From Antedon mediterranea (taxonomy: Eukaryota; Animalia; Echinodermata): 64,000 bases of DNA. Where the stretch lies: positions 2,294,001 through 2,358,000 of the forward strand of contig NC_092672.1 of assembly GCF_964355755.1 (NCBI RefSeq), read 5' to 3'. A program made the position numbers and the translations under genes. Of this stretch, positions 26,501 to 38,900 are shown one piece after another (position 1 is the first letter of the stretch; every line of letters starts with the position of its first letter). The notes beneath the pieces were generated by a model that was not told the origin of the DNA, did no database searches, and saw nothing but the letters and a program-made list of their open reading frames with translations.

Positions 26501-29500
26501 ACTTTCTCATGTAGCGCCATCATGTCTGTGACAGGTGATGCACGAGTGTTTGGGCTGCCGCTAAGATTGGTCTGCTGCGACGTGAGGACGGTCCGTGCTC
26601 CAGATGAACTCACCCAACCACTGGTCACTGGTTTTAAATAGGAAAAAAAAAATTTATAAAAAAAAAGTTATATAATAAGTAAGGATATATGGTACTGTAG
26701 TATAGGTGCTTTCCATACATAGTTTGACAGTCAGGTTCAATTCCAACATTACTCAATAAGTTATAGTGTAATCTTAATAAAAATATAGATAAGGGTAGAA
26801 CAACAGTACTGTAGCGAATATTTAGTTACAAATTTCAACAAAGCAATACTTACCTCTTCTAGGTGGAAGGGGACTATTTGTAGGGCTAGCCTGTGTCACT
26901 GAGCTAACACCCCCTGCACTACCACGTCGACTGCCTGCACTCGAGGGCCTAGGCCTTGGCGGACGTGGGGCCATGTTAACAGTAATAGGTTGACTAGATG
27001 GCTGCCATGGTGTGGACGACCAAGCCGATGATGTCACAGAAGGCGCGGCTGGTACGGAATATGGAACAGTGATCGCAGGTAACTGAGATTGAGAAGTCGT
27101 CCTCGGGTCAACACCGTTGTAGGAACTTAAATGCGGGAAGGACTCTTGCGCTGATATTGGTATCTCATGGTTTATTGTCGTTAACGGTGAATTCCAAGCA
27201 GCACGCTGCTGAACGGGAGGGTACGTCACCTGTGGAGCGTTCTCGACGTCAAGTTGGTATGGTATGCCACAATAACCAAACCGAATAATGTCTCCAGGGG
27301 CTAGACGTACAGCAGCGTTCTGGACGCGGCATTCGTTGACGTACGTACCATGTGCGGTATTGAGATCTTGAAGGACGTAGCACATCTCTTGTTCACTGTA
27401 CTCGATGAGTGCATGCTGAGCTTCTATAGCAGGTGACTAGAAAAAAAAATATTGGTAAATTGTTTCACATACAATTTGCAAAGGGAAACCATTTATAACA
27501 TCCAGGAAACAAAATAGGATGTTAGAATTTCATAGGTGAACTCCTAACAGAAAATAAACTAATTTTTCACTTTTTAAAAGATAAATCGGCCTTACTCTAG
27601 TCTAAGGCATCTCATTTTATAGTCTGTGCAGTACAGTACTGTAGTATGTGAAATATACCCCTGGCCTATCTCAAAATATACTTTATTAGTTCTCAATACA
27701 GTACTTTAATTTTAAGTTTAAAAATACTTATCATTGAATTATACTTATCAATAAACGTCAACATTTATTCAGAAGTTTTGAATAAAGACTTGAAAACACT
27801 TCGATATAATATTTCAATGTCTTTAAATTATTTTGTATAGTACTGTACCGGTAATAATTCTACTATGGTTATATTATATTGTCAATTTTACTACTAAATG
27901 TTTATTTCAGATTTGTTTTTTTACTTTGTTAATAATATTACTGTACTGAATGACAAAACACAAAAACATTTGTGTGGCAAATTAAAATTCAAGAATCAAA
28001 TTCCTAATGCATACAATTATTTTGTCTGCATCAAGTCAAATTAATATTTGAGCTGTTGTTATTAAAAAATATCCAACATCAATTTTAATACAGCCAGTAT
28101 TACTGTTTGCTGCTATGGTAACCATACACAACAAATCCCAGGTAAATGAAGCAAATAAAATGATGTCATATTTAATATTAGATAACACTTGAATGGTTGA
28201 ATACAATGGAGCAGAGAGAGATAAAGGTTAGACTTAATGGGTGACTTTCAACCAACCAAAGAAGAAGCATCACAAAAAATCAATATTTACTGTCTGTCAT
28301 TCTGTCAAAGGATTTACGGTAAATTCAAATATTTGTTTTCTAACTGTTTAGTGAAAGTCTGCTTTTCAAAAATCAAAATGTTATATCCAATCATAATGCA
28401 GGATGAACATGCTCAACGTCAGGGTTCAGCATTCTGTGTCTATTGGCTACTAGTACTAGAGTCACAGCCCCTTTCAATTTAACTGGTATTAAACTGATTC
28501 ATCAAAACAATAAATGTAAAACATATGTATTGTCCTCCAAAAACATGAAAATTTAAGATTAATTAAATCAAACTTTGATGTTATTTTGTAATTTTAATCA
28601 AGTTAATCACTTCCATAGAAAAAAAAAAGAAAAAAAATTATGTTTTCACTTATAAAATGACAAAATAAATGGTTCAATTCAACCAAAAACCCATTGGCTG
28701 GCACTGGCAGCCAATTTAACCATTTTTTGCTTTATAAATTAATGTTTTTCAGGTAAATACCATTTTTTTCGATGCAATTTTTGGTCAAAGTGGATAACTA
28801 TTATGTTACATTAAAATGGCATATTCAGCAAAAATTTAGTTAAGAATTATTTTTTTCAGGGGGACAATAATACAATACAATACATCTTTAATAAATTAGA
28901 AGTATTACAAACAAAGTGAATTTTTTTCATGAAACCCAATAAATATTAATATCAATTTACGGTAATAAACTGTTTCATAATGCAGTATTAATCCCACCTC
29001 TATACGTAATTTTGTTTTAATAGAAAACGGAAAATGGTGATTTTGAAAACAATTTTAAAAATGCTACAATTTTTTTTTACATTTTTGTGGGAAAGAGGTT
29101 GGTTTAGGGTGAAACAAAAAACAATTGGCAAATTGCGCAACATTTAAAAAGAATTCATGCCTTTTATTGTACAGTAGCAAACTATGTGTTGCTATTTAAT
29201 TGCAATGTAGTTAAGTTAGGTAATTCACTGGTGCTAACATATTACTGTAGATGTTACTCTGTAATATGTACAATGTAATAATAAAAGGTAGTTTTGCCAG
29301 AAGTCTGGAAAAGTTACATTTTAATGGTTTGTTTTCAACATTGTATTATGGAGTGAGTGCAGAATCTTTTTCTTACTCCTGGTTATTATTTTTTGGTGAC
29401 CGATTATTATATTTTTATTACTAAGTTTTTTTTCCTCCAAAAATGAATTTCTATATTTAATTTGTGACTTACAGGAATGACAATGTCACACTTTTCTCGT

Positions 29501-29568
29501 CCAATCACAGTGACTGTAGGTGACAATGGTAGTACACCTTCAGTGCTCTTCAAGAACCCCTTGACCAT
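11504..29568 (-). CDS. FHAD1: Forkhead-associated domain-containing protein 1 (N-terminal FHA domain + long coiled coil)
   Basis: 26 GT-AG exons with matching phases (4299 nt): 29473-29568, 26854-27436, 26503-26627, 25890-26123, 25262-25534, 24402-24479, 24198-24269, 22867-22971, 22409-22516, 21756-21998, 21108-21306, 20406-20594, 19865-19992, 19441-19530, 18866-19103, 18153-18309, 17760-17866, 17232-17391, 16881-17013, 16537-16675, 14561-14796, 14022-14294, 13613-13726, 13288-13365, 13088-13159, 11504-11572. FHA motifs [47 protein letters not shown]1-type blocks [24 protein letters not shown] and [17 protein letters not shown]. Confidence 0.9.
15905..16010. repeat. 15-bp minisatellite (ATGCAAATAAGTAAT)n
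   Basis: About 6 tandem imperfect units; explains the YLHIT-repeat ORF 15881-16114. Confidence 0.85.
17444..17639. mobile_element. MITE
   Basis: TIR AGTCCAACTAAGACGGC / GCTGTCTGAGTTGGACT, with imperfect inner symmetry. Confidence 0.6.
18545..18662 (-). mobile_element. Short tRNA-head SINE-like repeat (related copies at about 23128-23252 and 10773-10870)
   Basis: Minus strand AGTGGAGTTG-GCTTGGTGGTT...CCTGGGTTCAAGTCCCG gives A/B boxes; dispersed similar copies exist; no full cloverleaf. Confidence 0.55.
21373..21560. mobile_element. MITE family C; right-end fragments also at about 37730-37775 and 51270-51310
   Basis: TIR CAGTGGCTGTATTCACCA / TGGTGAATACGGCCACTG with inner inverted repeat CACACTTA/TAAGTGTG. 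Confidence 0.7.
22561..22678. mobile_element. Palindromic MITE family A (Harbinger-like); other copies at about 112-217, 13865-13995, 15697-15833, 19181-19338, 25706-25801
   Basis: TIR consensus AGCTCTGTCTACACTATCAAACT / AGTTTGATAGTGTAGACAGAGCT, inner inverted repeat GATGTGCCCA/TGGGCACATC, flanks often TTA/TAA. Six copies seen. Confidence 0.8.
24676..24712 (+). ncRNA. Minimal type I hammerhead ribozyme motif in a Penelope-like fragment (about 24670-24845)
   Basis: GCA-CTGATGA-A-GGGC(TAGTGTT)GCCC-GAAA-GCT-C-TGC: conserved core, 4-bp stem II, palindromic AGCT stem III, short stem I GCA/TGC. Confidence 0.6.
26280..26440. mobile_element. Palindromic MITE family B; other copies at about 5338-5475, 6357-6470, 8208-8340, 9104-9244, 9256-9394, 19723-19848
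   Basis: Termini AGCTTGGTTCCC / GGAACCAAGCT and central inverted repeat TTGACCAATCACAAGCGA / TCGCTTGTGATTGGTCAA recur across seven copies. Confidence 0.78.
28109..28122. promoter_or_regulatory. RFX X-box-like site in the FHAD1 intron after coding exon 1
   Basis: GCTGCTATGGTAAC, one mismatch from GTTGCYATGGYAAC. Motif match only. Confidence 0.4.
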
Positions 29569-31795
29569 TGTTTATAATGTTCCCCTGGAAATAAAGAAAA
29601 ACCATTAGTTACAAAAGTTTATAATAATATACAAAAAAATGAATATTTTTATAAAAATTCTGTCACCGGAAAATACTATGTTACTGTACATTTTCGGTTT
29701 TATTTTCTAAAAAAAAATAAAAAGACACATTTTATGTGTGCAATTAAATATAGGCCTAAGATTATGACACTATTATGAATCTGTAATTTTATCTGTTCTT
29801 AAATTGGGCCTTTAAAAGTGTATTGAGCTCTAGTACTAGGCCTAGTAGAGTCCTAACTAAAGGCTTTTTTAATGAAGGTCAGGTTCCCGGAAATTGCAAT
29901 GTAATTTATTGTAAAAATTATGCAACTAACTGTAGGACTAACTAGGGCCTAATCCATGCCACCAACTAATGCCATTTGTCAGGATGAAGAAAAATCAGCG
30001 GCAGCTTTATCAAATTATTTACTTTTTATTGTAAGCAGCTAGGGGAGCTGCATATAAAATTCTGAAAAATAAAGGCTGTCATTTTTCAATTTCTCAAGCT
30101 ATCCCGCGGTCCTCAAGAATGTTTTCGGTCCATTTGCGGAACGTCTAGTTCCTCTAGCTCTAGTCCCATAGGAATTTAAATCGATCACGTTTTATTTCGG
30201 TTCCGATAAAAATCAACATCTGGTATTCGGTATAGAGCGTCGTTGATACGGTTTTGCCGTTGTAACAATGTAATTGGTTCTAAGGAATGAATGTTTATTT
30301 AGGCCTAATGTATATAATGTCTATTTTCAATTCATTTTACAGGTTGCAAGATGTTTGTGAATGTGTGCTCAGTCTTTGAAAATCATTGTAAAAAATGTTG
30401 TTTCAGAAAAAAAAAATCATCAGAAATGAATAGTTAAAATAGTTTATAATTACGGTAGTAATAAAGTATTTATTACTAATATTAAATGTTCTTTCTATGC
30501 CTACAATACAACAAGTAGAATACCAGAGTACATTTTTTTAACCCAATATTATAAAATAATACTGTTGATTGAGGAAAGATGAATCTACTCTAATAGTATA
30601 ATTATAAACAATCATATCTATATATAAATTTACGTAAGGGCAAAATTCGGTAAATCGCGCCTTACTTTTAGAATTTTTACTCGATGGTATGTAAAGTTGA
30701 TTCGTACTTTCGGTACTGATTTTAACCACCTGATGTAACCCTGTTTACTAATTAAATTGAGTTAGATAATTAGTTATTGACGATTAAAACGAATTTAGGT
30801 TCAACGATTTGCCCCAGATAGGGGTGTTTTCCGATCGTGGTATACACTGTCTAATGGATGTCCATCTTGAAAAATACCCGCCACAAAAATGCGAGGAGGC
30901 TTCGCATTTTCCTATCTCCTCCTACGATAATTGTTTTTAATGGCTGAAAACCGGTTGAACAGCTCGAGTACAGTATCATAATGTTGAAGACAGGCCGATT
31001 TTCTTAAAAAAATACTATTTTGATAGATTTAATATACGTTTATACAAATGTATTGATTTGCGATGAATGGAACATTCCAATCTGTGTGTCGTTCCACAAG
31101 TGTCTATTCCCTCAGGCGTCGTAAAGGAAAGTACTGTATACTCATAACAGAAATTCGATCCATTTTTTTTTCAATCTGTGCTGCAGAGGTTGGATATAAT
31201 TTTTTTTAAACGGATAATGAGCTAGCGTTTTCAGTCGCCGTAATTTAATATTTATTACCGATTAAATCGAATTCATGATTTGCCCCGAATAGAGGTGGTT
31301 TTCACAAATTGTTTAACATTATATATAAACATACGTCGTAGTGTATCGTTACATGTACTGTACTATTTCAATCGACTACGACGGTGATAGTTTCAACAAA
31401 GTATTACATCACAATGTTTTACTGTGTTTAGTGGTATATTATTTGTAAAACATGTTAATTAATATTTCGTTACAAAATAAAGAATATATTTAAAAATTGT
31501 TCCTCTTTGCACCCATCCTCTTCCCCATCTCTCAACCATAATGTTACATACAAAACACAAATTAAGTTTGTTTAAATTTGACTTAAACAATTGATCTCAT
31601 TTTGTGACAACTTTCTCTTTCGGAAGTAATTCCCAGTGTGCTAATTTTAGTTGAGTACATAAATCACAGTGTCTATTTAATCGTTCCTGAGTGTAAACGA
31701 CATATATTATTGTCCTGCATTATTGTACATTTGAAATCGCCAGTTTTTTAACGCTGAAATTACTGTGTATTCGAGAACCATCTGTGGGCACGACC

Positions 31796-31831
31796 TAGAT
31801 GGTACGCGAGCGAAGCGAGCGTACCATCTAG
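31796..31831. mobile_element. Terminal hairpin of a Helentron/HINE-like non-autonomous element (body probably extends left to about 30620)
   Basis: CTAGATGGTACGC-GAGCGAAGCGA-GCGTACCATCTAG, a perfect 13-bp stem followed by a T-run. Internal repeats CGATTAAA..GAATT..GATTTGCCCC at 30781 and 31259. Confidence 0.5.
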
Positions 31832-32235
31832 TTTTTACAATAACGGTAATTTGGAAAAGCACATCCTCTCCTCACCTGTGCTGTAATAATAAAGTAAATG
31901 AAATATATAATTAGCATAATAAATACTCATCGTCTAAAAAAATAAATAATCTACTCTAGTGTAGAATCTACAGTAGGCACTAATGTAAAAATGATCAAGA
32001 AGTGTATAATAATCACGAAAACGTATTTATCGCGCCAAATAGAAAATAGCGTGACACAATATTATTAAACCCAATCAATTTTAAAAACTTGACAGATACT
32101 GTATGTCTATTATTATGATAAAAATGCATAGCTAGGCTAGACGTACTAGACAGACCCGCGCGGCACAAAAAATCCAAAAGTTGGTTTAATTGCGACCAAA
32201 ATAAAATGTCCCCGATATTCTTGTTTGTTATTATT

Positions 32236-32525
32236 GTTGGGCCTGATCGTCTGTCTGTGGTCCCGATCGTCTTAAAACCTTGCTTGTTGGGCCCGATCGT
32301 CTCACGCTTTGTTGGGCCGACGCCGATAGTCTTTCAATAGGCCCGATAGTCTGTTTCCCGCCTACTCTAGGGGGGCCTAGGCCTTAACTGTACCTAGCCT
32401 GGGCTAAGGCTACTAGGCCCTAGGCCTACTAGCCTAGTTAGAGGCTAGACCTAGCCTAGCCTATCTAGGCCTTCTTTTTAGGCCTAGGCCCTAGGCCTAG
32501 AGTAGAGGCCGCCCTACCTAGGCTA
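32236..32525. repeat. Tandem GTTGGGCCCGATCGTCT units (transposon-end relic) followed by an AGGCCT/CTAG low-complexity tract
   Basis: About 5 units at 32236-32360; dense CTAGGCCT permutations at 32362-32525. Confidence 0.65.
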
Positions 32526-33075
32526 TATTTTAATTTTAAGTTTAAGCCAGAAGAAGCGGATGCGGATTAACAAGCAGCTCGATATGACTCTGCTGGCAGA
32601 CACAAATACTTACTCTCAGCTTCGCGTATATTATTTTCCAGAAACCTTGATAAAATCTACAAAATAATGTTAAATTTAAAACTGTTTATATATTTTTTCG
32701 GCATTTCACGTTTTTTAGAGCACAGAAACGTCGATAGCGCATGCGTAGTTCCAAGGGAACCAAACAACTCCCTAGATATGGAACGCTACGAGTGCAATCA
32801 AGTGCAATTTGTTTTTAAAATTTAATTTATATACTTTTATTAAATTTTATTTCAACTACATCCAACAGCAAAAAATCGCCAAATATAGGCTGCCTTAAAA
32901 TATTTAGATACAAATATATAGGCCTACATAAAAACAAAACAAAATGAAACATACAAAAATGGCAAAATTATAGCTCTAGTACGTTCGATCCGTGTTAAAT
33001 AAGTCTTCAATGGGCTTGAGTTCTAAAGAGGCAGGCCACATATAATTGAAACACTATAAACTAGTATTTTATAGG

Positions 33076-35153
33076 GGATCCAGTCAAGTCGCCCCATCGC
33101 AAAGTCGCCCCATACAAAGTCGCCCAATACAAAGTCGCCCCATCGCAAAGTCGCCCCAAAACAAAGTCGCCCGGGCACAGTCGCCCCATCTCAAAGTCGC
33201 CCCATTACAAAGTCGCCCCATCGCAAATTCGCCCCATCGCAAAGTCGCCCAAACGCAAAGTCGCCCCATCGCAAAGTCGCCCACGGTTTTAATCATATCG
33301 GTTGCGTTTGATATCGATTGCGTTGTTACTTTGGTCGCGCTAAATGTCGTATACATTAATGTTTATCCTATTATATACATAATATGTGTTTTAATTTGTA
33401 TTTTACAGGTTTTAATGGAGTGATGTGCTTTTTAAAAATCATTAAAAAAATAGTCCCTTGTTTGAAAGTTCTAAAAAGATTATCCCTGATTTATAGTTTC
33501 GAAAATGTTAATTTAATATGATTTTAAAATTAGTTACCAGAGCCACAATTACAATTTCTTCAACCTACGCGATACCAGCTCATTTTTTAGGATAATATAA
33601 TAAATGTATAAATGTGTAGTAGGCCTTCGTATAGATTTACAGTAGTTAAAACAATAACAGTGTTGTAAGACAATAAGTGTTATAGGCTACTTATTGATCA
33701 TTTTGCATTTATTGACAAGTTATGTGTCTTAATTTTATAATGACTTTTCAAAATGAAGAAAAAAAAAGGGGATTTCATTGCCGATATGATTGTTTTACAT
33801 GCAGGTATTAGTAAAATTAAAACGCGACATTTTGACCATGGAAAAACCATCGTACAGTATCGTGTGCGTGTTTGTTAAAAAGGGGAATCCCCGACGGTCA
33901 GCAGAAAGACGTAGCAGCTGTGAGGAAACAGATACCAGAAGGCGCAGCTCCGATTGGATTCAGAGAATGTTTCAGATGGCGAGTGGCCTTTTATTCAACA
34001 GCACAATGATCATTTTACTGAAGAAATTCTTTTCAATCCTTTTGGTTATAGAACATTCTAATTATAATGCCTAATAAATATCCTCATATCGGGTGTTTAT
34101 TTAATTTTAAATTAAACAAGACAGTGAAGAGGCACGGAATAATACGTACACGGACGTACGACAAATACACACACGCACGTTATCATTTACGACATTATAG
34201 TGGTGATATGATGCAATTTTATAATGGATATAATGATGGTATTGCCTTTCCAGGAGTCTTACAATCAATGTTCACTGTAATACTATGTATATAATAGTAA
34301 ACTGAATGTTTATAAATAAATTGTTTTACGTAATTTGTTGCATATAAAATAAAAGATACAGACGTAGCCTATACGTTTCCTATAAAATATTTCACATTTA
34401 AATAATTATGTACTGTTAAATGACATTATGCTGGATAATACTATATCTCAAACTATGTTTACAAATTTTCATTTTTTAAGCCACACATCTTTCTCATCAT
34501 ACTGATCTGTAAAATAAAAACAAAAATCAATTATTAATATAGGCCTAAATAATAATAATAAATATTCATCGACCAAAGTAAAAATCGTATAACATCATTT
34601 TATCGCGACCGATTTCGAACGCGACTGATATCATGTGGTAATGATTGAAATGTGGTATTATTATTATCATCGTAAAACTCCGGCGGGGTTTCCCCATCTT
34701 CAGATGGTGCGTTGTAGAGTGCGACAACGGCAACGGCGGAGTAATTACGGGGGTTTCCCTCTGGTAAGCTAGCACGAGTGCGACCGCGGAGTGATTAGTC
34801 GGGGGCTTCCTCTCTGATGATATGGGGGTGCGTGCCGATCGTGTGACCTGAGACTACATGGCGGGGCTTCCCCTTTTATGCCTACACGTTCAGTGTTATT
34901 TTGTGTATCATTGCAACAACTTGTAAACTATTTTTTAACGTTTTGGGGCGAGTTTGCAATAGGGCGACTTTGTGATGGGGCGACTTTGCGATGGAGCGAC
35001 TTTGCGTTGGGGCGACTTTGCGATGGGGCGACTTTGCGATAGGGCGACTGTGTCGGGGCGACTTTGTTTTGGGGCGACTTTGCAATGGGGCGACTGTGTA
35101 AGGGGCGACTTTGTATGGGGCGACTTTGCGATGGGGCGACTTGACTAGCATCC
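33076..35153. mobile_element. Non-autonomous foldback-type Mutator (MULE)-like element, about 2.1 kb
   Basis: Termini GGATCCAGTCAAGTCG / CGACTTGACTAGCATCC. Long TIRs are built from 15-16-bp AAAGTCGCCCCATCGC units (33084-33282 and 34944-35144). 9-bp TSD TTTTATAGG / TTTTATAGC. No transposase. Confidence 0.85.
34685..34872 (+). promoter_or_regulatory. Cluster of four NF-kB-type sites
   Basis: GGGGTTTCCC at 34685 and 34750, GGGGGCTTCC at 34801, GGGGCTTCCC at 34863; all fit GGGRNNYYCC. A fifth, GGGGAATCCC, is at 33882. Confidence 0.5.
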
Positions 35154-35971
35154 TTTTATAGCACGTCATGACCGTCATTTAGGCTAGAATGGTCGATCCC
35201 CTAAGCACAATATCGTCACCACTGTTATGATCGTCCGATGATAGGCCTAATCGTAAAAAATATCAAAGCATTAATTTAGAAAACATAGTCGATGACGAAT
35301 CAAACGCGCAGGCAAAGTGAAGGTTGTGTGAGCTGTGATAGAGTGGAAGAAACGTCCATTGTTATTTATTTCTGTAGTTTTATGTGAATTTTTTGAACAA
35401 ACGAGAATAATTTCATGTACTATATTTTACTGTCTTTGACAATGATAAATAAAATGTCGTATTGTAATATATTGCACCACAACACAAATACTGTATGATC
35501 ATAAAAGTTAAATTTATTTAGTGATTAGACATCACGCCATGCCATAACAACCTTTGCCCCCCAAAACCTTGCTAATCAGCCCAACGCCCTATTTTATGAG
35601 ATATACAGTGAATAAATACCTCGTGATTCAAGACTTGAGTTATAAGATATAGCTCTATCTCTCTCCCAAGGTACACAGCCGTTGAGACGAATAGAAAACT
35701 CACAAGAAATTACGAACAGTAATGTTGACTCAATACTAGAGAGAACATCGATGCTTTAAGAGAGATCACCGTATATTCTGTAAGTATATATTATACTAGA
35801 GAAACAGCAATTCTACTAATTACAACATAAAACAATCCTAAAACAAAGTTACGGTAACTGTCCGATAGGATACAGGATTGTCCATGACAATTTGACGACA
35901 GCATTTATTGTAAATTTAACAATTTATATTTTTTTTTTATAGAAATGAAGATAAAAAACTGAATTGACAAC

Positions 35972-38900
35972 ATGGCAACACCAGGTAAAACAATAAATGG
36001 TCTTTTTTTTGTATTTTAAAATAAAATTTTATGACAAAAAAGATCGACATTTCGGAACCATCATAGAACCATTCTCAAGAACAAAATGAGTAAAATTAAC
36101 AAAGTACAAAGCACCAAAGGGTGACAAGAAATACTATAAACAATTAATAACTAATAATCCTAAAAAGATAAGCTCCTCCTCTCGTTAATAGTTAAATCTT
36201 TTGCTTTGATTGAGTAATTTTGTTTTGTGACGTCGATCTTTTTTGTCATTAAATTTTATTTTAAAGTTATATGTAAATGTCTCTTAAATTCATTTTTTTG
36301 TATTGCATCGAGAACAGTTTAACACAAAGAATATTTTCAGATGATCAGTTTTAGCACTCGTTATTTGTGATTATGATTTTCAATACAGTTTTTTTTTTAT
36401 TAATGTATTTATATTGTATTTTGTCATCATTTATTGTCATTATTTTGTCAGACAAAACTGAATGTGGTGAAGACCTTAAAGAAAGGTTCCATACTTTAAA
36501 AGATAAACTTAGCAAACACTTTGTGGGTCGCCATTTTAAGTGGTTGAGATTCTGCCTGCATGGATACATACCATTAGGAGACATTGACCGTGATAATGTT
36601 ACAGCAATGAGTTTATTTAATGAACTTTACCGAACCGGTAACATCACACCGCATAAAGTCAGGCTTTTGCTGGACATAGCTAATGTGACAGGTTTCAGTG
36701 AAGCAGTAGATCAGATAAACCAGTATATGGAAGATAACAATGTTGATGATGACTCGACGCTTTCAACGTCTCGTAAACAACTATTCCAGACCTTGAGAGA
36801 AATTGGACAAGATGAGTTGAAGAATGTTATTCATAATTACAATGAACTGAATAAATTTGAATTCACAGATATATGGGATGCCGTATTCATATTAGATAAA
36901 GGAAAGCTTCTAGGTACATCTTCACTAATTACCAGGTTTACCGATTGTTTTGGAAAATCTGCACAGGATCTAGGTATACGTATTTCATTTTCTTTAATTT
37001 GAAATACAAAGTATCGGTTACAAATAGTTGTAGTAGCCTATCCTCCTTATTTGTGACCCTTTTGGTATTCACAATCACTACAAACACAAATATTCAGTGC
37101 TTTGAATGCTGATTGTGTATGCATATTATTAGATTGAATATCGATATTAAATTCAATGTTTTCACTACGTAACAATTATTGTATATTTGTATTTTTTCTT
37201 GTTTGTTATTTAACAGAGGAAGTGCCGAAAAGTAGTAGTATTGACACAAGAATGCAAATAAAGGATTTACCGAGAAGTAGTAGTCGTGACACAAGGATGC
37301 AAACAGAGAAAGTACCGAGAAGTAGTAGGAGTGACACAAGAATGCAAACAGAGGAAGGTAACATAAGTTATACTGTTATGTAGGACATTAGAGTCAAAAT
37401 GATTGTATTGGTGAAATCAAACTAGAGAAATTAGTAATAGATTGCTAAATTAAATGAAATTAGTGATTTGAAATGTAATTATGGAAAGCCAAAAAAACCC
37501 AAAATAATTCAATTCACCAATGCATTTTTTAAACTCAAACCATAATCGTGCAGTTCAACAAAATCTCAATAACATCCGGTGACGTCCTAGGCAACAAAAG
37601 GTAAATTAAAAGTTAAGGAGGCCAGAGTACGCATACAATAACCCTTCTTCCATTCCTTATGCTATAATTATGTTTTATCATCAGTATTCTCTAAAGTTAA
37701 AACAATATGCATACCTGTAAGGAAATACAGGTATCTCACTGACTTAAGTGTGATATTGGTGAATACGGCCACTGGGCCTTATTTCATCCTATTTCGGATT
37801 TGTGATAAATTTATTTTTCGGTTTGCTGCCCTCTGTTGATTTTATTATTTTGCTTCCCTTCTGATTTATCAAAAAGTGTGTTTGTCGCCCTCTATCAACC
37901 AACCGTTACAAGATAAGGAGTGAGCCTCCGTATTATAGTCCGGTATAACTAATAATAATTACTTGACTTACTTTAACTGAGTACAGTAATAGCAAATTAT
38001 TATTACATTAGAATTCCCATACAAATATCTAGGCCTGCAAAAAGAACAAACAACTAATTAATAACATTTTTAAATGTTATTAAAACTGCTTTATATAAAA
38101 GATAAATTAAGATCAACAGTTTAATAATTTAAAAATACATGTATTATAAAATATTATTATGTATACATTTCTGAACCTCTTTTTTTACATTTAGAAAAGA
38201 TTGAAGAATATCTGCTGCTAACACAAAAGGAACACTGCAGGCAGGCCAGGATATTTACACCAGAAACAATGCGTGGTAGATACACAGTTGACATTTCACA
38301 GATGTTTACCGATATGGAACTACTGAAAGAACGTGAAAACAATAAAGGAAGCAAACCAACAACATTGGAAGAAGTGGTAGATGTTATACAATCCACACCT
38401 GGATGTAAAGCCCTCATAGAAGGGGAGGGAGGTATTGGAAAAACTACCATATTAAGGCATTTATCGTACAACTGGTCTGATCAATCAATTAAATTATTTG
38501 AAGGTAAAATTGTGTTTCTTTTAAGTTTAAGAGATTTAAAAAAAGATGACGACATATCTGATCTGATTGTACAGCAACTGACAGATTTCAATTTAGACAC
38601 AGATCTCCCAGAAGATCCACAGTTAATTAAGGAATTTATAAATAAACATAACAATAACTTTGTGTTACTACTAGATGGATTAGATGAATTAAGATTTGAT
38701 AATCAAAGCGTAATTAGTCTTTTCAGAAAAAAAAGGTTTAAACAAAGTACTGTAATACTTAATTCAAGACCGGAAAACATAGATGAATTTATAAAAGAGT
38801 GTAACGTACACATAAGAGTTAGTGGATTCAACAAAGAGAGCATCGGAAAGTATATTGAAAAATACTTTAAGCATTTTGAAAATCAACAATTGGGAGAATC

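Noticed and set aside
33046-33423. QSRPI-repeat ORFs (also 33084-33356 and 34882-35178)
   Set aside because: Translations of the 15-16-bp repeats in the transposon TIRs.
38157-38471. Antisense ORFs over the NACHT exons (also 51718-52032) and other short ORFs in the track
   Set aside because: Shadow frames of real exons, or AT-rich and microsatellite ORFs with no recognisable motifs.
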